From a virus (lineage: Duplodnaviria; Caudoviricetes), in IMG/VR virus record IMGVR_UViG_3300025141_017123, positions 1 through 61,035 of that record: a stretch of DNA of 61,035 bases. One strand, written 5' to 3'. The position numbers were made by a program, and so were the translations under genes. Under the pieces are notes generated by a model, which was given only the letters and a program-made list of their open reading frames with translations, made no database searches and had not been told where the DNA came from. Numbering within the stretch: position 1 is the first letter of the stretch; each line of letters begins with the position of its first letter. This document shows positions 47,344 to 58,700 of this stretch, piece by piece.

Positions 47344-50179
47344 CGGTAAAGCAGTTACCACCGGTGCGCGCCAAAACGTAAACGAACTAAACCGCATTCC
47401 CCAAGCGGTACAACGCCAAGTTGCCGCAAATCAGCAATTAGGTGCCAGCCAAGCCCGTATTATGCAACAGCAAGGCGCAATGACCCGCCAATTGGGGTTA
47501 ATGAATAGTGCCTACGGGCAAATTGGTGCAACGCTGACTACCTTGGTGGGTATTGGCACCGCGACCATGTTTGTGCGCGATACGGGCGCAGCCCAGTTGC
47601 TAGATACACGCCTTAAAGGGCTAACTGGCTCAGCTGAAAACTACGCCAAAGTACAAGAATATTTATTTGCCACCTCTGATCGTTTAAACACCGGTTACAC
47701 CACCCTTGCCGACTCTTACAGTAAAATTTTAACGCTACAAGAAGTGGGTGTTGTTACTCAAACCCAAGGTAAAGCAATTCTAGAAGGCATGGCTAACGCC
47801 GCCGCTAAAACGGGTGCGAGCAATGTGCAGCTTGCACAAAGCTTATTTGGTATGACGCAAGGGATGACTGCCGGCGTTTTACGCGCTGAAGAGTTAAACC
47901 AAGTAACAGAACCTATGCCAGGGCTTTTGCAAAAACTTGATAAAGCAGCAGGTAAAGCTGCCGGTGGTTTTAGGCAAATGGTGAACGATGGCCAAGTAAC
48001 CAGTCAGATGTTTAAAAACTATCTGATAAAAGCGCTTAACGATTATGCGGGAGCGGCCGAGGCTACCGAAGGTAAAATAAATGCCAGCTTTGCGGAAATG
48101 GGTAACGAGTACCAGCGCTTAATACGTAAATACGAAGAGCCAGTAAACTTCGCTGTAACCAGTATTGTTGATTCAATCACCGATACCATGGCGTATTTAC
48201 GCCAAAATGAAGACGCCGTTGATGATTTAGTATTTGCAACCGGTGCATTAGCTACTGTATTAACGGGGCATTTAGTTGCGGGGCTAAGCGCAAGTACTGC
48301 AGGCTATGTTGCTAATGTGGCCGCTAAGAACCGCGCGTTAATTGCTGATGCAGCCCTAGCAAAACAAAACCAGGCCAATGCTGTTTTAGAGCTACAACGT
48401 GCCGCAGAAATGAAAGTATATGCACAGCATACATTGGCTGTGGCTAATACTACTAATTTACGCACTGCTGCTGTTGCCCGTTTAGCCGCTGCTAATACCC
48501 GCTATACAGCAACACAAGCAGCCGCAACCACCGCAACCAATATTTATACTGCCGCCGCTAGGCGTGCAACCTTAGCAGCGCGTGGCCTTAGCACCGTAAT
48601 GGGGTTGTTAGGTGGCCCTGTTGGTTTATTAGTAACAGCTGGGCTTGGCCTTGCTTACTTTGCAAGCCAGGGCGATGACGCTACAGACTCCGTTAATAAA
48701 CTTAAAGAAGCCAGTAAAGACCTAAACCCGTATGCCAATTTAACAAGTAGCCAAGCACAAGGTTTACTACTAATGGCGCAAGGTCGCATTAAAAATGCGA
48801 TTCAAATGGCTGATGAAGCACGAGAACGTTTTAACAACCCATTCTTAAAGGGTAAGTTCTCGGATGTTGAGGCGGCACAACAGCGCGTGACCGACTTAAA
48901 AAATGAAATTGTGGCTCTGCAACAAGTACTCGCAATTAAAGAAACTGAAAAGCCTAAGCCAGTTGTAACAAGTACAGCCATGCCCGATAACATTAAGCGC
49001 TTAGAAGTCAGCTTAATGGGAGAGCGCGCTAGATTAAAAGATAACTTCGATAAGCAACGACAAATGGTGACCGTTGCGCGTGAGAACGATGTAAGTAACA
49101 AAGCTAAATATGATGGTATTTTAAAGCGCTTACAGTCTAAATATTTTGAAGATCAAGGTAAAATTACTGAACGTGAAAGACAGGCTGAAATACGAAAAAA
49201 AAACCAAGCTGAAGAGTTTCGTAAAAATAAATTACAGCAAGAGCTTGAAGATCGCATAGCCGTTATTAAAGGCCATGCGGATCGTGATGCATTAGCTGCT
49301 TACAATAGTGAATTAGGTGTCGAACAAGCACGCCAACAAGCTCGTGTTGATGCTAAACGCCGCTCACAAATAGGCTTAGCGGCGAATGATGATGTAGGCG
49401 AGCTAAAATACAACACTGATAATCAGCTACGTGATTTAGAACGCCAAACAGAGCTCAATGCCGCTAGTGGTTACCATAGTGAGCGTGAAGCAAGTGAAGC
49501 CGCTCATCAAGAGCGCCTATTACAAATTAAAACCCGCAATATGGGGGCATTACAAAGTAATGTTTTAGCTTTTGCTAACTTTGAAAAACAAACAGAAGCT
49601 GAAAAATCTAACGCGATTGTTGGCTTGGGCGCTGCTACGTTTAAAACGATGGCTGGCCAAAGTAAGACTGCGTTTAAAGCCTATAAAGCGTTTGCAATAG
49701 CTCAAGCTGTTATTAATACCTACCAAGGCGCTACAGCTGCCTTTACTTCATTGGCCCCTATTCCTATTGTAGGGCCTGTTTTGGGTGGAGTTGCTGCCGC
49801 CGCCGCTGTAATGAGTGGTTTACAGCAGGTAAGACAAATTAAAGCACAGCAACCGGCGGGTATTGCGCACGGTGGTTTAGATTATGTGCCGAATGAATCT
49901 ACCTACGTATTACAGCGTGGTGAGCGTGTATTAAGCCCGAAACAAAATACAGAAATTAGCCAAATGGCGCGGCGTTACAATGCTGGCGGCGCAGCTAATG
50001 ATGGTGGTGGCTCTGGTGTAAATATACATATAACTAACCAAATTACTGTGCAAGGCGGTGCTAATGAGCAAACATCGCAATCCGTAGGCCAAGACATAGC
50101 ACGCCAAGTTGTGGGGGTTGTGGTAGCTAATATACAAAGTAACGGTGCAATTATTCGTGCCGTGCGCGGTGCAGCTTAG
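47303..50179 (+). CDS. Tape measure protein
   Basis: GVLRAEELNQV.E tape-measure domain, Ala-rich, AHGG..GERVL. Confidence 0.92.
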   Translation: MSNNLNLALRLSYDGKAVTTGARQNVNELNRIPQAVQRQVAANQQLGASQARIMQQQGAMTRQLGLMNSAYGQIGATLTTLVGIGTATMFVRDTGAAQLLDTRLKGLTGSAENYAKVQEYLFATSDRLNTGYTTLADSYSKILTLQEVGVVTQTQGKAILEGMANAAAKTGASNVQLAQSLFGMTQGMTAGVLRAEELNQVTEPMPGLLQKLDKAAGKAAGGFRQMVNDGQVTSQMFKNYLIKALNDYAGAAEATEGKINASFAEMGNEYQRLIRKYEEPVNFAVTSIVDSITDTMAYLRQNEDAVDDLVFATGALATVLTGHLVAGLSASTAGYVANVAAKNRALIADAALAKQNQANAVLELQRAAEMKVYAQHTLAVANTTNLRTAAVARLAAANTRYTATQAAATTATNIYTAAARRATLAARGLSTVMGLLGGPVGLLVTAGLGLAYFASQGDDATDSVNKLKEASKDLNPYANLTSSQAQGLLLMAQGRIKNAIQMADEARERFNNPFLKGKFSDVEAAQQRVTDLKNEIVALQQVLAIKETEKPKPVVTSTAMPDNIKRLEVSLMGERARLKDNFDKQRQMVTVARENDVSNKAKYDGILKRLQSKYFEDQGKITERERQAEIRKKNQAEEFRKNKLQQELEDRIAVIKGHADRDALAAYNSELGVEQARQQARVDAKRRSQIGLAANDDVGELKYNTDNQLRDLERQTELNAASGYHSEREASEAAHQERLLQIKTRNMGALQSNVLAFANFEKQTEAEKSNAIVGLGAATFKTMAGQSKTAFKAYKAFAIAQAVINTYQGATAAFTSLAPIPIVGPVLGGVAAAAAVMSGLQQVRQIKAQQPAGIAHGGLDYVPNESTYVLQRGERVLSPKQNTEISQMARRYNAGGAANDGGGSGVNIHITNQITVQGGANEQTSQSVGQDIARQVVGVVVANIQSNGAIIRAVRGAA

Positions 50180-50229
50180 TTGTTAAGTGTTTGAGATTGG
50201 TGTAAAAAGGAGTTTTAAAAAGCAAGGGA

Positions 50230-51117
50230 ATGTTTGTGAGTAATAATCTTAAAACAACAAACAAAATTTTGAAACAGTTAATTAAAAACCCCGTAATATA
50301 CTTTATCTTTTTAGCAATATTAGGCTGTAGTATTTTTGTTATTGAGTTCTTCAGCATATTTAATTTTAATTTAAATACCCCTATTGAAAGATGGGTTGCC
50401 ACGGCTACATATTTCAGTAATGTTTTTTCACCGATTTTATTGTTCGTATCGATACTTTTGCTTTATAGGACATGGAAAGATTCCAAAGAGGCTTTAGAGG
50501 TTCAAAAATTAGAGCTTATCGAAACAAGAATAGTTTTAAAGGAGCAATCTGATACACAAAGTTATAGTGTATTCAAAGAAACGCTATTCCAAGTTATTGA
50601 TCAAATTAAAAAGTTAAATGATAAAAAGTGTAAATTAAAACAAGATGAAAGAAAATGGAGTATCTTTACAGATGATAATTTTAATTTCAGAAGTATAAAA
50701 GAATCAGATATGCCATTTGAGACTTTTTTACAAGCCTACTTTTTTGAGATGAGGTCAAAACCGCTGGAAAATGATGAGCTTTCCTTAAGTTTTAAAAGTT
50801 TAATTTTTGATGATACACATATCTATATAGAAAAAATAAAAACGATAGCTCTTTTATTGAATAACATAGAAAATAATAGATATAAGCCTATATTAGAAAT
50901 TGCTATTTTTAACAGGTTAACAATATTTACATGGTTATTCTTTATAGAAATTGTCTATCATTTGTATATCTATAGTAATGATGTAGAAAAGCCTACGTCA
51001 GAACTTGTATTCATGGAAGTTGCTGGTTTAACATGTAGGCAGCTTAAAGATGTTTATTGGATTGATGCTCTTTCGGATGAAGTGCTACTTGAATTAAAAG
51101 CTCGTAAATTACTATAA
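50230..51117 (+). CDS. Moron: AT-rich TM protein (Abi/exclusion candidate)
   Basis: Two N-terminal TM helices, coiled coil; composition break from tail genes. Confidence 0.7.
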   Translation: MFVSNNLKTTNKILKQLIKNPVIYFIFLAILGCSIFVIEFFSIFNFNLNTPIERWVATATYFSNVFSPILLFVSILLLYRTWKDSKEALEVQKLELIETRIVLKEQSDTQSYSVFKETLFQVIDQIKKLNDKKCKLKQDERKWSIFTDDNFNFRSIKESDMPFETFLQAYFFEMRSKPLENDELSLSFKSLIFDDTHIYIEKIKTIALLLNNIENNRYKPILEIAIFNRLTIFTWLFFIEIVYHLYIYSNDVEKPTSELVFMEVAGLTCRQLKDVYWIDALSDEVLLELKARKLL

Positions 51118-51119
51118 CT

Positions 51120-51166
51120 ATGTAAACCCCTTTCCAGCCGAAAGCTTACTCCTTAAATTTTATACT
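51120..51166 (+). promoter_or_regulatory. Putative late promoter of tail-tip operon
   Basis: Dyad ATGTAAACCCCTTTCCAG, 23 nt, TATACT. Confidence 0.7.
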
Positions 51167-51200
51167 CGTTACCAGTGTTTTATTATGAAACTTGGTAACG

Positions 51201-51806
51201 ATGCGACCACTCCCCCTTCCCAAACGGCCTAAGCTCTCTAACTTTACGTTAGTGCCAAATAGCCAAATACACTTAAATAAAGCCAATAATGCCACTGAGG
51301 TTTACGACCTTGAAGGTGCTTATTGGGAGTTTGAAATTGAGCTTGCCAATGTGCCTGAGCGTGATGCGTTGGCGCTTGATGGTTTTATTGCTAGCTTACG
51401 CGGCCAGGTAGGCACGTTTACTTTAATTGATTACCGCCGTGAGCAGCTTGATAAAGACTTTACTGGTTATGTGCATGGTGAAAACCAAGACGGTAATATT
51501 TTAATTATTGATGGACTCCCCGCTAACCAAACCTTATTAGTTGCTGGCGAACGTATGCAAGTAGGTGTAGGCCAAAACACCGAGCTAAAAGTATTAACCC
51601 AAGATTTAGTGACGGACTCACTAGGCAATGCCACAGTAATATTTGAATCTCCCCTACGTAAAATACCAGCAGACAACACCCTAATTACTTTTAAACAACC
51701 GGTTGGTTTGTTCCGCCTTGCTGATAACAAGCAAGGGCTTGCAAGTGCTCAGTATAAAAACGGCATTGTAACCAGCTGGAAAATTAAAGGGCGGGAGGCG
51801 TTTTAA
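51201..51806 (+). CDS. Distal tail-like protein
   Basis: FIASLRGQ.GTF, FE.PLR; follows tape measure. Confidence 0.7.
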   Translation: MRPLPLPKRPKLSNFTLVPNSQIHLNKANNATEVYDLEGAYWEFEIELANVPERDALALDGFIASLRGQVGTFTLIDYRREQLDKDFTGYVHGENQDGNILIIDGLPANQTLLVAGERMQVGVGQNTELKVLTQDLVTDSLGNATVIFESPLRKIPADNTLITFKQPVGLFRLADNKQGLASAQYKNGIVTSWKIKGREAF

Positions 51807-52396
51807 TGGAAAGCCTAAACGCTGCCCTACTTGATGATTTAGCCACCAGTGGTCGCGCGCGCTTTTTTGTACGCCTAGCGTTTAAAAGTGGTGATGTTTT
51901 ACTGCATACAGGTGTGGGTGAACGTCGCTTTGCTAATTTAACCTGGCATGGCGTGGGTATGCTCGGCACTGTTAGCGAAATACCCGCCAGCGATAAAAAC
52001 GACAGCACCAGCATACGCTTAACCCTGCATACTCAAGACCAATCCGTATTAGCTGAGGTGGCCGAAAACGACCCCATTAGCCAAGGCTGTGAAATTTACC
52101 TTGTAACCGTTGATGAGCATTACCGCGTTAGCCAAAGCCAGCTGCTTGAAAGCGGCTACATTGTTGCCTGTGACGTAGAGCGCGGCGATGTATCGCAAAT
52201 ACAGCTCAGTGTTGCGGGTGAAAGCGAGCGCTGGAAAGAAGCCCGTTTAAATCAACGTTGGAACGATGCTACCCAAAAATCACTATACCCGGGCGATGTA
52301 TTTTTTAGTGAACAAGCCACCGCCAATAAACAAAACCTACCTGATACACAACCTGGTAACTACATAGGAGGTAAGCGCTATGAACGTCGCCGCTAA
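51806..52396 (+). CDS. Minor tail/hub protein
   Basis: LHTGVG..W.GVG.LG, Q..LYPGD.FF. Confidence 0.7.
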   Translation: MESLNAALLDDLATSGRARFFVRLAFKSGDVLLHTGVGERRFANLTWHGVGMLGTVSEIPASDKNDSTSIRLTLHTQDQSVLAEVAENDPISQGCEIYLVTVDEHYRVSQSQLLESGYIVACDVERGDVSQIQLSVAGESERWKEARLNQRWNDATQKSLYPGDVFFSEQATANKQNLPDTQPGNYIGGKRYERRR

Positions 52397-52790
52397 GCTT
52401 AGTGCGTTTATTAACCAACGTAACTGTGAACCGTTTAAATGGGGCAAAAATGATTGTTGTTTATTTGTTGCTGATTGGGTGCTATTTGCAACCGGTAACG
52501 ATGTCGCTGCAGACTTTAGGGGTAACTACCGCACTGAAAACGGTGCGTTTAAACAATTATTTAAACGCGGTTTAAACGATGTTCAAAGTGTGTTTAAAGA
52601 CCGTTTAAACCCATCTATACCTACTGCGTATGCCCGCCGAGGAGATTTAGCAGTAGTTAAGTTTAAAGGTGACCTAGTTGGAGGTATCGTAACGGTTAAT
52701 GCTGTTGTTTGCGTAGGTGAATTCGGTTTAGTTAGCTTACCCATGAACACCATAAAGGCAGTTTATCCTTTGGAGCCGCGCAATGTCTAA
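52380..52790 (+). CDS. NlpC/P60-like tail protein (DUF6950-like)
   Basis: FKWGKNDCCLFVADW, ARRGD. Confidence 0.75.
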   Translation: MNVAAKLSAFINQRNCEPFKWGKNDCCLFVADWVLFATGNDVAADFRGNYRTENGAFKQLFKRGLNDVQSVFKDRLNPSIPTAYARRGDLAVVKFKGDLVGGIVTVNAVVCVGEFGLVSLPMNTIKAVYPLEPRNV

Positions 52791-55700
52791 AGTCGTTGAT
52801 ACTGTTGTAGATACTGGCGGTGATATATTTGGCCTTGGCAGAAGCATTTTTGATAAAACCGTGGGTGCTCTTTGGGACTCTCTATCCCCAGAAGTACCTG
52901 AAGAAGATTTAGCGACCCTTGGCCAGGGGTTACAAAAGGGTATAGACCAGCCTAGGCGCATTACATTTGGACGCGACCTTGTTGGGGGGGTAATTGCACA
53001 CCAAGCAGAAGTTGAAAAAGGTGACAAGAAATGGATGCAGTTAATTGTTTTAATTAACGGTGCGCCCATTGATGCCCTTGAAGAGATTTACATTGCTGAT
53101 AAAAAACTCAAAGAATATCCAAGTGAAAGTTGGGATTATGAGTTAAGCGATGGCCGCCAAACCATTGCAAACACGAAAGCGATGGCAAAAATGGCTGGCT
53201 GGACAAGTGAGCATATTGGCTTTGGTCAAAGCTATATTTTTATAGAAATTGAAAATAACCGCGAAGTGTTTGAAGACGGCATAAGCGATATGGGTTTTTT
53301 AATACGCGGTGCTCGTGTATGGGACCCGCGCGATACAAGCCAAGACCCTGACGATGAAAGCACCTGGATTTGGAGCCAAAACGCGGTACTGTGCGCACTG
53401 CACTATGTACGATTTTATGGTGCATATGAGGTACCGTTTAGCCGATTGCCGCTTCAGTGGTGGATTGCAGCCATTAATGTGTGTGACGAAAACGCCGAAT
53501 TTACCGACGCTGAGGGCGTTGTGACCACTGAGCCACGCTACACAACCAACGGTAGCTTTACGTTTAGTACTAAACCCATTGAGGTACTAAACCAATTAGA
53601 AGCCTGTTTTGCTGGTAAGATATTTAGACAGATGGGCCAGTGGTATGTTCGTGTAGGTGCCTGGTATGGCAACCCTACTCACACTATTAACCAGGATGAC
53701 GTACACGGCAATATTAAAATTAAGTGGCATGCTGATTTACGAGACCGTGCTAATGTTGTACGTGCCACTTTTACAGACCCAGACCAAAACTATGACCGTA
53801 CTGATGCACCGCCCGTAGTGTCTGCTGGGTATCAAGCCATTGATAACCAGATACTTGAAAAGTCTATATCACTCCCATTTGTGCGCAGTAGTACTACAGC
53901 ACAACGCCTTGCGACAATACATTTAGAACAAACACGTTTAGGCGAAATAGAGTTACCCCTTAAACACAAAGGCTTAGCTGCAGCTGTTGGCCGCACTGTG
54001 TATTTAAACTTACCTGGCGAATCGATAAATAATAAGGTTTACCGTGTAACAGAGCGCCGCTTTAGACTAGATGGCGGCGTGACCTTAATGTGTGTTGAAG
54101 ACGCCCCTGATTTATGGGCTGATAATTTAGTACCTGGTGCACAAAATTTAACGCCAAACAGTGACTATTTAGTGGGCAAACCTCAGCCTATTTTTGATGT
54201 ACGGGTTACCATTGATGGTGACGGCAATGGTATTATTAAATGGAACCACCCTGCGCCGCTTGCTGTACACGAGTACGATGTTGAGTTTATTAATACTGCT
54301 GCTAACGAGGCGGTATTTAAAACCTCTGTAACTTATACGCAAGTTGTAATACCTAATTTGCAACTGGGTGAGTACACCGCGCGTATTAGCGCTAAAAACA
54401 TATTTGGCCAGCGCTCATTACTTGTTGCTGTGCAATTTAGTGTACTCACCCCTACTTTGCCGACTGTGCATGTAACTGCTGATTATAACCAAATTACATT
54501 AACCGCCGAGATTACTGCAGCTGGTATTGGCACCGCGTTTGAGTGGGAGTTTTTAGGCTCTGTAGCACAACCGCAAAGTGGCGAACGTGTGCTTGCACAG
54601 ATTTATAATCGCATTGGTTTAAAAAGTGAAACTGAGTATCAATTTAGAGTTCGCAGTGTTAATCACTTAGGTTCGAGCGATTGGGTAAATATTACGGCCG
54701 CTACAACTACCGTTGATTTAACTGAATACATTAATGAATTACCACTTACAAAGCTCAGTAAGGACGCACAAACCCTAATAGAAGATATAAACACGCAAGT
54801 AGACCGCCTACGTCCTGAAACAGAGGATAATTTACCCGACGTACTTAATCGTACAATTAGCGAACTAAATTTAGAGAAAAAAACGCGTGTAGATATTGAA
54901 AAAGGGGTACTTGATCTATCAGCTAACTACACCGCGTGGCGTCAAGAATATGAAAAGCGCCAGCTTAATAATGAGCGCTTAATTGATGCATCGGTATATA
55001 TAGACCCCGACAATGGCACGATAGTTAACCGTGCGTTTGCTTATACAGACAAAACATTTAGTGAAGCTAACATAAAAATAGACGGGGTTAATTCTAAAAT
55101 AGAGTTTGAGGCTAACCGAATTACCGAGAGTGAAAATCGCTTAACGGATGCCGAGTCTAAACTGTTAGTACAAGCCGATAAAATAAACGCCAAAGTTTCA
55201 TTTACTGAAATGCAAGGTGAAATTGCCAGCGCAATTGAAGCCTTAAAGCCCGCCTATAGCTGGCAATTTAATAGCAATGATGAAGATTTTATAGGCGTAG
55301 ATAGCCACAGCGCATTAGGTTATGTTGTGTCGCTGAGCGCTATCACTTCACCGGCAATCAGCTACAACGCAGATGAAAACCCAATGTTTCGTTTACGTGT
55401 ACGCTTACACGAAAACGCAACATGGCTAGGGCAAATAAAATTTAATGATAATAGCAATGTTATAAATGTACCTGCGCCGGTTGGCAACGATTGGCAAACA
55501 CTGCAAGTGGATGCAACGGGAACCGATGGATACACAGGCGTTATAACGACACTTGAGTTTAATTTAGGTGAGTGTGACATTGATTTTATTGAAGTAGGTA
55601 AACGCGGCGCAAATGACCTGGCTTTAAATGATATAACACTACGTACAACATCGCTTGAAAATGACATCGATGGTGCTACGGGCGTTATGGCCCAGTACGC

Positions 55701-58700
55701 GACAACTGCATGGGTAGACGAGCTAGGCTATCAAACGCAATCAAACGTGGACGCCATATTAAACACCTTTGATACTACGTACAAAGTCAGTGCCACGTTA
55801 CAAGAATTTAGCGACAACGATACACTTCAAAAAGCCAATAACGCCGAGCAGTTTATTAACGGCGCAGAGGCTTACATTAAAAGCCAAATCACGTCCTTTA
55901 ATGCTGCAGAGGGTGGCATAGATTCTAAGTTTTCAAATGTTGATCAAAAGCTCGATGCGTTAGACGGTAGTATAAATCAAAATATCGTACAAGTGCGTGG
56001 CCTAGAGCTTGACTTAAAAAACGCCGATTTAAATGCCATTTTGGCCGCTGCCAATGACTTGCTGCGCAACAACGAGTTGCAAAAGCAAGGCGTAAAATTA
56101 GCCATTGCTGAAACAAACTTAAAAGCCAATGCGAACGATCTTGAATCGGTTGCACAGTCAACATTAGACCTGTTCACGATTTTTGATAAAAGCCAAGCAT
56201 CATTTAATGAACTTGTTGATGTGGTATCTAAAGATGGCCAAGCACTCGTAACGGTAGAACAAAACTTAAAAGCTAAGATAGAAGATGATACAAACAAAGC
56301 GTTAGCCACTGCGCAAGAATATACCCGCACAGCTATTGGTTATTGTGTCGATGCCGAGGGCAATATAACCAGCGAAAACGACGCTGTTAAATGTGTAACC
56401 GATGGCGGTTTATGGGTTGATGGCCCACTAGCTGAATACATTGCCAATATGCAAATTAGTGATGGCGATGAAACGGCCAGCATTAAAGAGCTACGCCAGT
56501 TATTTAAAACCGTTGACGGTAAATTAGTTGCCCGAGGCGGCTGGACGCTTGACAATAACGGCCGAGTAACAGGTATTGCTGGTTATAACGATGGCGATAT
56601 TGCCAGCCTTGACCTTGTTGGTGATGTAATACGCCAAGGGGCTATGGTAGGTGGTGAGTTCGTGCCCACATCATATGTTGATAACTCCGATCCACTTAAT
56701 CCGCAACATGTTATACGTGGCCGCTTAGAGCTAGGCGACGGCCACAAAGTCAAATCATTAGACGATATTAAAGCACAAGATGGCAACACGATTGAAATTG
56801 AGCGTGTTTACAGTGTCAATGGTCAAACAGCTTGGCACTTTCCAATGGTTGACGGCGACGTATACCAGCGAGAAAGAAAATTAGTTAATGGTGAGGCTGT
56901 TACCGGCTGGTCGGGCGCTGCAAAAATCAAGGGCGATAAAGGCGACACGCCGACGATCACCGACTTGGGTAACGGTTCGTACCAAATACAAAGTGGCTCG
57001 GATGTTATCACCATACACGATGGTTTAAACGCCCCTATTCCAACAGTGACCGACAACGGCGATGGCACCCACACCATTACCGACGGTGATGGTAATAGCA
57101 TTGTTGTTAGTGACGGTGATACGCCCGTCAAAGGCGTTGATTACTTTGATGGTAAAGACGGATCTTATGTGAGTAATATTTATAAGGCCGCCACGTCAAA
57201 GCCTGAAACGCCAACGGGCGGCAGTTTTGACGGCACAGCGGAGGTTATCCCCACCGGCTGGCAAGATACGCCGTACTACGAAGAAGGAAAAATAACCTAC
57301 ACCTCAAAAAATAGATACCATGACACGGGCGCTGCGCTTTGGGAAAAAGGCGCATGGTCTGATAGTGCAGAGTATATTATAGAAGGAAAAAAAGGCGACG
57401 CCGGTACGAGTGCTATAAACTTCTATACCAGTGCAGGCGCGTTTTCTCGCAATGGCCTTGATTATGTAAAACAAACAAATCAAGGTTGGAACGCTGGGGT
57501 TAGCTCTCAAGAGGTGTTTGTTCACGCCACGGCCTCAGCGCGCGTTTCTTCTACTTCACAAGTCATGTTAGGGCTCAGTTATGAATCCTGCCAAGGAGAT
57601 TACAACAACCTAAATTACGCTTTTTATTCATCGAATGGTGAGTTAGCCGTTTATGAAAAGGGCGAACTAAAAGGTTGGTTTGGGCCAGCGACCGGCGAAA
57701 ATAGGTTAAGCGTGGTGTGGGATGGTGTATTTGTTAAGTATTACAAAGACGCTACGTTAATTTATACCTCAGCAACAAAGCCCACCGCTCCGGTGTTATT
57801 TGATTTATGTGCCTATGATGAGGGCGCCACCTTTGCAGAGCCGATTTTTGCAGCCACAGGCCATGGCGGAGAACGGGGCCTAGACGGTAGCCGAGGCTCA
57901 GTTGAGGTGCAAGTGCCCACCTCAACGGGTGCATGGTCTGACTCTACCGCTACCGCCGCTGTACCTGGCGGCATTCCTGTAGAGCATGACCGCGTAACCA
58001 TTTATAAAGCCGGTGATCCAGCGGTTCAAACTATCAAGCGCTATAACGGCAGTGCATGGGTATCTTATACCTTGCACGTACATGGTAGCGCCTTAATTGA
58101 AGATACCTTGGACGGTAAGGTATTACGTGCGGGCACCCGTATTGAATCCCCTCGCATTGATTTAATTGGTAACAATTTTATGAAAATAGAGTTAGCCAGC
58201 GGTTTTGGCCCTGAGCAGCTTTGGTACTGGTATGGCCCAAAACTAATGAAAAATGGCTTACCCGATTTAGATCAATGCACCCGCGCAAACGCGACTGAAT
58301 GGAAAGACGTAAACGGCAACACGTTTACAAAGGGGACATTTATTGCAGGCGCACTCGAAAGCAGCGTAAGTACCTCGCAACAAGTTAATAACCCCTCAAG
58401 GGAACTCGAATTTACATCAAACGGTAATACCATTTACTTTGCTGTGAGTTACCAGTATCGGCGTACATATTTCGGCCCAAATAACGGTGATCGAATGTCT
58501 GTGTATTGCCCATCAACTCCGATATTTCAACCAGTGTCTGGGACGCTCTATTTAGAGCGCTGGAACGGCAGCAGTTGGGTTGTTGTGGTATCAAACAGTA
58601 TTACGGGTAATTACAGCTGTAGCAACGGGTTTTACGAGAGTGAGCCTGGCACCCCCAACCATCCGTACATAGCTACGACAAGCAGCCAGCGATCATTTAC

